A DNA stretch of 64,000 nt, taken from Lobosporangium transversale. Lineage: Eukaryota. Each line of letters opens with the position of its first letter. Positions within the stretch are counted from its first letter, which is position 1. The notes under the pieces are model-generated. The model worked only from the letters and a program-made list of their open reading frames with translations. It made no database searches and was not told where the DNA came from. Positions 54,329 through 64,000 of the stretch are shown here, in pieces. Made by a program: the position numbers and the translations under genes. The stretch lies in contig NW_019028990.1 in NCBI RefSeq assembly GCF_002105155.1, positions 310,001 to 374,000 on the forward strand, in the 5' to 3' direction.

Positions 54329-55573
54329 CCTTAGGCGTAATGTTGGCAAGGAGGAACTGACCATCCTTAGACAAACTAATAGCTGTAATCCCATCCGTTT
54401 CTTCAAGGGTACTAAAAATGATAAGAAAGTATAAGTACTTAAGAATGTATTTTCTTGATGTGTGTTTCATGCTCCAAAGATGTCAAAGGGACTACAACCC
54501 ACCTGATAGTGCTCATGTCTTCCAGGTTGATAATGCGAATGACAGTACCACCCATGACTACAAGAGTCTTCCCATCAGCAGAAATTGCCATGTCACGAAC
54601 TGCGAATTGCCATAATCGAAGTACTTCTCCGGTAGTAGTCTATCAAATCCATTTAGATTTTATAGAAAAATAGTATCCATTAATGTCACTGTAAGTGGAT
54701 AGGATCGACTTACAAATTCACCAATACATAGATTTTACCATCAAAAATAAATTCCTTCCGCTGCCAGATAAGAAACGTTCTCCATCCGGGAGCCATCCGA
54801 GGCAATTGACGGTATCATTATGTCGGTTAAAGGTTGATTTGCACGTCGCAGTCTATTAGCGGAACAAACAACAACAACTGTCAGCGTGCATGTCCGGACG
54901 CAGCTCAATTACAGTTCCATTTCCAGACAGCAAGTGACATACTTGTACATCCCAAAGCTTGACCATTTTATCAAATCCTGTTGTCAATAATTGGGTATCG
55001 TCTGGAGACCAAACACACCATGACACCTCCTTCTGATGGCCTTCAAGAGTATGAATCGCCTCAAATGTCTAAATTGGCAATAACTTGTGTTCATCAGCTT
55101 CACTCGTAGAGCCTTACATCAACCATCATCATCAGTGCCATTACATCTCATTATTAAGCCTCATACCTCCATGCTCCAAATGATGACCTTGGTATCTTGG
55201 GATGCTGACGCCAGGTACTTCCCATCATGTGAGAATGAAATATACCAAACCTCATTGGTATGACCCCTCAGCACTCCGCGCGATACTGAAGGAATTCCAG
55301 TTCTATTTCCGAAAAAACAAAGCATCATACGTATCAGTGGAGGAAATGAAATATGCAGCACCAACTTAATCCATGGCCAGTAGATTTAAAAAAAAAAAAA
55401 AAAAAAAAAATACTTTTCACAAGCATGGTCGCTATAGAGACTATTTGTTGTGTTTCGATGATTATGATAGAGACAGTTTTTAACTTGAAGCTCTATTGCT
55501 TGCTTCAACATAGTCTCTAGTCGATTCTCAGGGACCATAACGGCCGGTGATATATATTCTATATAGTAGCATG

Positions 55574-55605
<32 letters not shown>

Positions 55606-57298
55606 AGATTAATAACCTATTTGGCACGATGGACATACAATAGAGAGTCCAGTATGCTGAGCGAATAAATTTCTCATACTCTGCAGTGATGACAATAGTG
55701 TTTGCCTTGATGTGCCATTCGCGCCATCCCAGTCAGCTCTTTGCCTTAAATCCTCTGCACTCGAACTCATCATGTAGCTAGCATGTGTGTATAAAACGAT
55801 TAGAGATTGGCTATACTATCTCAGGCATTAATGACATTGACAAAAGGATTATTGCCTCTAATACTCTGCTATACCTCGTTAAAGTGTGCACACGCTCCAT
55901 ATTATGATTCAATGGGGTCAATTCTGAACGCAAGACAATCAAAGCGTTCTTAATCTGTCTTGCTTCTAATAACTCTAAGAATTTTTGCTCTCTGATTAAG
56001 AACTTGACCTAAACTCCTCAACATTTACAGAAAGCAGATTTCATTTAGTCCATTGTGCTTTGACCCGAGGGCCAATGTATTGATCGAAGGCAAAGATACA
56101 TAAACACACTCCATACCGATACATGATGCGCAGGGTCAAGCTCCAGCTGTTCGCTCAATTGTTCTAATTCGTCCCATGCTCCTTTCAGCACACATTCTCG
56201 GAAAAGTGTCACTGCAGGGCTCTCCAACTGAAATCCAGACTCGGCCTCGAGTTCCTGCGCTGATTTCCTATAACATTTAACACAACGCGGAGTTAGTCTG
56301 TAGATGCATAAACCTATCCTCCTGAAATGTATTATCCCAATTCTTGAGCAGGAGGCTGACTGGATAATAAACCAATGTGTATTCTCTCATATCACGCAGC
56401 ACCACAAAACAGTCAAACACCCCCTATCCACGTAGTAAAGTCTAAACTCAAAACTCACCTGTAACCTAAACTTTGCAGTGATTGCACCATTAGACGCACA
56501 AGCTCATGACGATTAAATCCAAAAGGAGTAGTTGAACTGGCTTGCAAACTATCCACGCTCATTAATGAAGAGGTCGTTGCACCGTTCCCGTTCACATCCT
56601 CTGCAGAGGAGGAAGAGGTATGAGTGCCATTTTGATTAGGGCGAGGGTCTGTGTCGGGCTTCATGTTAACAGAATTATTAGCGATTTGACCGGAAGTACG
56701 TAATGTATGAATAGAAGATGATAGGGACGAAGAAGAGTTGAGACAAATCCGTTTAGAATCACTGGTAGCAGGGGAATAAAAATCTGAGGACGATACACTC
56801 CGCGAAGATGATAGCTCTGGCACTTGGCTTGCCAGTCGAGTGCGTGTCGAAGGCGAAAATGTAGCAGCGGACGAGGAAGTTGTAGAGAGAGTTGAGTCGG
56901 AGTGCTCCTGCTGCTGCGGCGGCGGCGGCGGTGAGGATGAAGCCAAGTCCGGGGAGGCGCCTGGTGGAGGAGATGCCACTGTGGAAAGAGTTAATGTAGG
57001 GCAGAGTCGAAACGGTTGTCCAAGGAGAGAGGGCTCCTTTGTGTAGAAAAGATGGAGGTAACTACTTTGTTGGCAGTTGAATTGGTGTTGGTATTTCTTT
57101 TGCTCAGTCGACGCCTTTCTAAAAAGCACAGGAAGAGAAGAAGGGAAAGGAGGTCAATAAGACGATAGCCACGGGTCTTTTTTTTTTTGCATATTATGTC
57201 AAGAGTCGGCTGCATTACAATGCATGCACCATGGAATACGTGTGAGAGCTTTTATTGTTTCTGGTCCATGCATGTAGAAGGGAGTGACCGTTTGTCAT
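53694..57298 (-). CDS. WDR26: WDR26/GID7-like LisH-CTLH-WD40 protein, about 13 exons; start codon tentative
   Basis: LisH ELVRLMVQSLQSLGY, CTLH FRECVLKGAW, VPENRLETMLKQA, WD repeats GHTNEVWYISFSHDG, YVIRSCFGG, FASASDDHTIRIW. A short first exon 57298-57240 splices in frame to 57118. Confidence 0.9.
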
Positions 57299-58960
57299 TC
57301 TGTTGTTGCAATAATGTTTTACCTTGGCACACGCAAACAAGCGAGAATGAGAAGGCTCAACGATGAACAAAGGAATGATGGGCGTCTGAAAGTGTAGCAG
57401 TCAGCAACAAGATTAGAAATGGCAGAAACAGAACAGTTGGGGTTTTAAAGGTTGGAGGAATTATGAAAGACAAGTCGGCATTCAAATGCGAAAGCGCGTC
57501 ACACACTTCGGGTCAGAATTGCTACACAGCTCTGTTCTGGTGGGAAATGTTCATGAGGTTCAGCTAGAGTGAGTGCATCAAGGCGAAGTAGATTTACTGT
57601 TGGCTCAATTGGCTATTTAGTTATCGGATTTGCCATGGCTGTCCCTCTGACTTCCTTCCATTCCTCACGAAACATGAAATCCTTTTTTTTGCAAGGCTGG
57701 AACCAACCTTACTTTTGTTAACGTCTTTTTGTCGCAGGGGAGTGATCTCTATGTCTTAGTACTTCTCACTGGAGAAAGAACTAGAGCGCGCACCATGTAT
57801 ACCATCAATTATCCCGTTTCATCACGATCACCTCCATTCCTCCGTTATCACCCAATACCCATCACTATCACCAAAATAAAATTAATTGTACGTCGGTTGC
57901 TGACTTGGAAGTTTGGTCCCAGATTTTCAACGGACGAACCCAATCTTCTGTATTGTACTATTGTAACATTTTCGGTATTTATGATGGACTGAAAGAAGCC
58001 TCCGCTGTCATTCCTTCTTCTTTCTTCCCCTTCTCCTCTCTGTCTCCATCCTTGTCATCCTGGACTGCTGTAGAGAGACAAATCTTAAAAGGACGAGAGA
58101 TATCGCTCACTTTTACCTTGCAGACATCATTTAAGCATAGATTAAACAAATCTCAATCAACTATCATTGTCTTCATTATAAATCATTCAACTTTTCTTCT
58201 CTTGTCTTTGTTATCATTTAGAGTCAAGGCAGTTAATGAGATGTTATTTTGAAATTGATTTTAATTATTACTGATGATATTTAAAAAAAAAAAAAAAAAA
58301 AAAAAAGACTCTTAAAAGAATGGCTTCAAATTGTCGATAGAAGGGGATATTTCATTTCTGTTGTTCTCACTCTGCAATTTCACCTTCTTATTGATGGAAT
58401 GAGAAGTCTTCCATTGTTGTAACTTCTCCTATTTACCATTTCATCTCTCGCTATTCTCGAAAAGCAACATGCCTAAAATAACCTCATAATTTTGTTTCAG
58501 CAGTTCGCTGTTACTCAAACTAAGATAGGCAGGCACATCCAAATGTTCGTTATTTCACAATATCCTCATCGTTCTGTATCTGTGTGTTCATTGTGCATTC
58601 GATAAGCGCCCACTTGAGTGTCCGTTATAATCCGTAAGACTTAAAGCAGGCCGGTACTTCGTCACCTTCCTCCATTCGCCTTCTTTTTCTTGGTTGCACT
58701 TGTCGTAGTTTCTCCAGATTCGCAGTTTGAGTAAAATATTAAATCAAATAAACTCTCTTTCATAACTACGTTCCAAATAATCTTTGCGATGTCGATTGCC
58801 GCTTACAAACCTCTGTGTTCCTCAACTCAATACTCTTTTGCTTAGCTTGTAGATTCAACGCTTGTAATATTGCGATCTATGATTGAAATAAAAGAAAATA
58901 AAAAGAAGTTAGGGCTTCTTACTAATGATAATGCAAAAACAATTTTGAATGGTTTCTTAC

Positions 58961-59285
58961 TTGGCATGACAAAATGGTGGCTCAACAACAATGTGGATGG
59001 TTTTTCTAGACAGTAGTGTGCCAAAGACATTTGGGACCTCGCTTATTGTACATAGTTTCTTTTGATTACTCTGGTTCTTTAACTCAATCGGTGTGTACTC
59101 GTCGTTTCCAACAGGAGTGGAGACACTTCAGAGTGTAAGCTCATATGTTGCGAAGCCATCAAACTTAGGCTTCTTCTTTTCCTTGGTGAGCTCCCTTAGA
59201 TCACTACAATGGCATTCTCTGACACGATAGCTGTGAAAGGCGTCTTTCCCCCATCAGTAGCGCAAAATAGCGGTGCCTTGATGCT
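58961..59285 (-). pseudogene. Crinkler (CRN) N-terminal ubiquitin-like domain pseudogene
   Basis: Reads LFCATDGGKTPFTAIVSENAI/SDLRELTKEKKKPKFDGFATYELTL*SVSTP..KKL..VF..KTIHIVVEPP, with a 1-nt frameshift near 59206, TGA at 59130-59128 in place of the conserved Trp, and no ATG. Confidence 0.85.
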
Positions 59286-60229
59286 TAGACTGTCTGGTGA
59301 AATCTATTCAATGAGTCGCCTGCAACGTGTGGTTGTTCCTCAAGTAGACCATCGAAAGGTGGTTTCACTTTAAAAAAATGTCTGTGCTGAATAGAGCCTA
59401 CAATTGCGCGGTTCGTACGGTCACCACACAGTTTCAGACACGTACAATCACTGCATTGATCACTTGATCAATAAGTAAAATATGTGAATGCTGCTTTCCC
59501 TTACCTTGCAATCCACCTTCTCACTCTACGGTCTCTTCATCTCTTTATTGTATATGGTATGTATGTATTAATCCTTGTAAAGCACCTCCTGCATCCCATA
59601 AACTTCTAATACTTTGAAGTCAGTGGCAACACGCTTTTTCAGAGACTTCATCATCGAAAACATGTATATTTCATTAATAAGCCTAAACAAGTGAAATAGC
59701 TTTCATTAAAACTACTGAGTATTAAAACTTGTAACGCTTATACATACCGACTTTTCTGGGCTGTTGCCTACTAGGTCCTCAATGACATCGTCTCCGAGGG
59801 CCAAGTCCTCAGTAATAGTCGGCTCTTTGAAACACTGTAGGTTGACGTCGCATTGAATTCGTATTTCATAGTAAATGGGAATGCAAGTGTATGAGACACT
59901 ATCGCTTGACGCCTAATAACAGTCATGGTCAAGTATGTCAGTTAACTTTCTACTTTGGTCTTTACAAATAGAATGCAAATACAAAAACGCCTTGGCCAGA
60001 AAAACCAGAAAGAGTATTGAGGGCAAGGGGAAGAGAAAAATACCAAAAGAGATGCAAGGAGCATGATTAAGGAAGCTGAATCTCGTAGCACCCGGCCGCC
60101 ATAATGCTCCTGACTATGGCAACAAAACGGGCCCAGTAAGTGTCTGTTTTTGGTGTGAATGTTAAAGACGTATGCTTCATTTGATAATGGCAGGTACTAA
60201 CTAGCGCAGGTATGCCTGCTTCGAAATAG

Positions 60230-60845
60230 ATTACTTTACTTGGCTAACCTGACAAGTAACGGATTTATGCTTATTTGAGATATTCTCGCTTAGCATCATC
60301 GATTTAATAAGCGATGGAGGATTTATGGTGTGTTTGACAGATGACGAGGTTGACTTTGCGCTTGAAGATAACGCCTTCAGGCGATTTAGAATTCAGCTAT
60401 ATGGGCCGAGTGAGCGAAAGAATGCAGGCAAGGACCCAGTAGTGGGCCACCAAATCCGGGCACATACGGCAGATGTTGTGGTAGAGATGGTGGATGGATT
60501 TCAGCTGATAACCTTGGAGACATCCAAGATGTGAGATCCAACTTGCGAGAAGAAGGCCATGGTCCATTACAAGTTGGCTCGAGCTATGCGGGATACCTGG
60601 GTCGACATCATCAAAGAGAAGGTGAAGGATAGAAGGCAGCCCCAGCCTTACTGCCTTTGGGTTGTAGGTCTTTGAGTGTCACAGTATATAGTCTTAAGTC
60701 TATAAAAGACTTGTAGTAATAATTTAATAAATCACCTTTTGTCTTTACTATCTATTACATTGAAGGATGACATTCTTAGTCATGTATCTCCGGGAATGCT
60801 TTCAGCTCTATGGGTTAAGCACTGTAAAGGTGCCCAACTTATAAT
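60230..60845 (+). pseudogene. Decayed PD-(D/E)XK-like (CR-REase-type) nuclease gene
   Basis: SERKNAGKD..AHTADVVV..QLITLETSKM*DPTCEKKAMVHYKLARAMRDTW..LWVVGL* and a later exon-like piece FLVMYLRECFQLYGLSTVKVP; in-frame stops at 60532 and 60673. Confidence 0.6.
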
Positions 60846-61000
60846 AAAGTTGTGCCACGATTAAATTAACGATATCAATTTTATCTTTTTGGTGGCTGTG
60901 TTTTCAGTCACCAAATCTAGCTTCTTTTTTTATGCCAAAAATATCCTTTCTGTTTTCTATCAGCCTTACAGCCCAGAAAATAGCAACCGATAGTCTAGCC

Positions 61001-61802
61001 ATGGGTCCTTCTCAACCTTATCATCATCTTACAAACCAGCAAGCTACTGATGTGGCTGATCTTACACATCTCTTGTCTGCTGAAAAACACCTGGGCCCAT
61101 TATCTCCAGCTCCAGAGCTGTATGCAGCTTCAGAACAAAAATATAGTCCTGGACTTTGTTCAGAAATCCGTGTAGAGCCCTCGTCTCCGCAACACGAGGA
61201 AGTTGCAGTCGTACCAGCACTAGCTGATGTTTCCAAATCCTCAGATCACGCAGATATGCAGCGGCAAGCAACTCTACCCATTCCTGAAGAGGCCATTGAC
61301 TTCAAGCTTACAGAATATAAGCCATTCAATCCAGAGCCATGGGCAAGGGCAATTGCAGAGCATCAGGCACGGACCAGCAAGAATTTTCAAGGTTCATTGT
61401 CTTTTTTGTACTCTGGGGATGAAAAATAGACTTTATTTTTATTCCCAACAACCTTGATTGACTTACTGACACGACTCTTTCATTTAAAAAATATTCATTT
61501 AAATGGTGTAGCGATTGCTCAAACGCTTGACAGTATCAACGCTGAGTTACAGTTCATCCTTTCTGAGTTCTTGATCAGACAGTACGAGAAAACTGCAGAA
61601 ACCTTGAAGTTGGACCATGAGCTTATTACTCAGCAAGAGCAAGAACAAGGTAAAGAAAGTTTATCTAAGAGAAAACAATGAACATAAGTCTTTTGGAGTA
61701 TCTTATTTACTGTGGTATTCAAAGTATACTCAACCTAAAGTGAGGTGAAAAGCTGAAAAGACGTTATTCTACCTTTGAGAATAAATATAAAGTGCTTTTT
61801 TT

Positions 61803-61847
<45 letters not shown>

Positions 61848-61942
61848 CCATTTTATTCATAGAACGTATGCTAGCACAGATGATGTCCTTTATGAACGCT
61901 ATGAGAGATGCCTTCCAGATTTTTGATCAACCTGGAAAGTAA
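61001..61942 (+). CDS. Hypothetical 202-aa protein with a C-terminal coiled coil; exons 61001-61391, 61512-61649, 61863-61942
   Basis: Two phase-1 GT-AG introns give an uninterrupted 609-nt ORF ending ..EQEQERMLAQMMSFMNAMRDAFQIFDQPGK*. Confidence 0.75.
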
Positions 61943-62476
61943 TGTGCCAGCCACTGCATCTTCATCTCTCAGCAGTCGAGTAATAATAAGGATTCAGTAT
62001 ACGAATTCATATACTTGATACGAATAAATATTTGCCTAAAAGAGTGCAAGGAGAAGTCTGTCTTCATTAACGGTTTCGCAGCTGATTCTGAAAAATCCAG
62101 GAACAGCGAAACAGCTGCAATCAGCGTGGCATATCATGTGACTACTATTTGCAGATTCAGGACAACAAAAAATGTTTTGAAACACCGAATGACTGCTTCC
62201 CAAGTTTTTTTTTTTTTTTTTTTTTTTCTGATGTGGACATAAAAAACTTTCTTTATCTCTTCTCTTTGGATTTCTTCCTTCATCCTCACCTTTCTCTCTT
62301 TCCCCCGCCCTTTGCTTTCACTTTATCCTTTATTCTCGCCATTTCCTCTTCTCCACAGCCCTTGTGAAAGCAATATCTCTCATCTGATCTCTTTTTACTT
62401 TATTTTTATTTTTTTTATTTTGTTTAAAAGATCAACCTCCCCACTCATCCCCTTTATTATAATAGAATAATTCATA

Positions 62477-64000
62477 ATGCCTTCTGTAGAGATGCAAAAC
62501 GGCACTACTGTCGACTTGGATGAGCTCTCTAACTTGCTCTCGCAACTTTACACTGCCCCCACTTCCGAAGAGTGTGATACTATCGCCAGAGATCTCTCTG
62601 CCAGGGTTCAAAAGGAAGGATTCATCACTCTCAAGACCAAGAATATCCTTTCTAATCTTGAGACAGAAGCAAAGAACAAAAAATCTGGTCTTGCCCGTGA
62701 AGGTGCACTGATCGGTCTCTGTGCATTGGCTGATGTCCTCGGCCGTCCTTCTGAACCATTTTTGCTCCCATTGCTGCCTATGATTCTTGACCTTTATGCG
62801 GATAAAGGTCCTGTTGTCCAGGATGCTGCCTCTAGAGCTGCCCAGGCCATTATGGCCAACATGCCTTCCCAGGCTGCACCCATCCTGTTGCCCATTCTTT
62901 TTCAGAGCATTGGAGGGCCTGGTAAGAAGTGGCAGACCAAAGTTGGAGCCCTCCAACTCTTGGCTGATCTCTCGAACGCTTCCCCTATTCAAGTTGGTAT
63001 TGCTCTTCCAGAAATTATCCCCGTTGTCAAGGACTGTCTGTCTGACACTAAACAAGAGGTAAGACTCGACTACATTACACATATTACATCAAAATAGTTT
63101 AAAAAGTTATTTGTGTCCTCGTTCAATGTATTATTTTCAGTACCGACCTGCATACCCCTGTTGTGCGGTTACACACCCATGCCTCAGTCGCATGCTTTCC
63201 TATTGGAAGATAATTCGTCCTACCTCCCAATTCCCTCATCTATTTATCAGTTGTCAGTGTCTGTGCCCTGTCCGTTACTCCTTTTGTTCTATTTGCTATT
63301 ATCCAAAAAAAAAAAAAAAAAAAAAAAAAAGGAGGCATGGATGTAAACAAATAATTATTTATATTTTTGCACATCAAACATTACCACTTGCTTGCATTTG
63401 CTGACTTTGATTATTGTTCCCGCAAAAGATAAGGCGAATTGAAACTAACCACTGTCATGTGTGAACCTTGAATTAGGTCGCAGACCAAGCTATGAAGACC
63501 ATGTTACGTGTTTGCAACGTCGGCGGTAATCCCGATATTGCTCGTCACCTCAAGGATCTTTGCGACTGCATGGCTCATCCTGAGAAAGTCCCTGTTGTCA
63601 TGGAGAAGTTGTCTGCAACCACGTTTGTAGCCGACATGAACGGCCCTGCACTCGCCATCATGGTCCCACTCTTGGTTCGTGCCATGAACGAGCGTTCATC
63701 CCACATTCAGCGTCAGACCACCGTCATCGTCGATAACCTTTGTAAGCTCGTCAAGGACCCTGCTGAGGCCGGACAGTTCTTGCCCGATCTCTTGCCTGGT
63801 CTTGAGCGCATCATTGATATTGCTGCCGTCCCCGAGATTCGTGCCCTTGCTACCGCCGCCAAAAACACTCTCATCAAAGCCGGAGGCGCAGTCAAGGTCG
63901 ATTCTTCCACTCAAACTGACTCGATTGTTCCATCAGAAGCTGAAGCTCGTACTATTCTCAACAAGGCCATCGCAAAGTATGGATTCTTTCCTTCGTTCTT
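62477..64000 (+). CDS. NEW1: eEF3-family ABC-F protein, most like NEW1/Elf1, N-terminal HEAT region (partial); intron 63059-63476
   Basis: NKKSGLAREGAL, LYADKGPVV, KWQTKVGAL, SATTFVA..LAIMVPLL, DNLCKLVKDP, AAVPEIRALA; strong codon bias. Confidence 0.8.

Noticed and set aside
62477..64000. Calling this gene canonical eEF3 (YEF3)
   Set aside because: The KKSG..RE, DKG.VV and AA.PE.R motifs fit NEW1/Elf1 better; the diagnostic C-terminus is outside the window, so some doubt remains.
1..64000. tRNA, rRNA, snRNA or TPP riboswitch
   Set aside because: No cloverleaf, rRNA or TPP consensus recognised by eye; a covariance-model scan is needed to exclude them.

Overview
Eukaryotic, intron-rich fungal DNA with GT-AG introns, many poly(A)/poly(T) tracts and (AT)n/(TAT)n microsatellites. 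The gene families (RNI-like LRR protein, Crinkler relic) point to Mortierellaceae/Mucoromycota, which is an inference. I reconstructed 17 protein-coding genes by hand from splice sites and reading frame: a hypothetical protein (partial), SDE2, calnexin, a ZUFSP/Mug105-type deubiquitinase, an ACOT9-like thioesterase, a large LRR protein, a Kel1/Tea1-like kelch protein, an STK32/YANK-like kinase, AP-1 beta adaptin, a DOMON surface protein, NTE1, CHMP7, MGR2, a MYND-finger protein, WDR26/GID7, a small coiled-coil protein and NEW1/eEF3-like (partial). Two accessory islands stand out. At 17.2-20.3 kb, an LRR gene has 84-bp repeats with a near-identical framework and variable xxLxLxxN positions; it has no NTPase but carries a domain resembling the C-terminal module of bacterial Roco proteins, making it a candidate diversifying non-self receptor. 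At 58.9-62 kb there is a Crinkler N-terminal pseudogene, a PD-(D/E)XK-like pseudogene and an intact 3-exon gene that may be a Gmc2/TEX12-like synaptonemal protein. Also noted are an apparent 1-nt frameshift cutting the kinase tail and splice acceptors preceded by pure poly(A). No rRNA, tRNA or CRISPR was recognised. All homology calls come from recalled motifs; no database searches were run.
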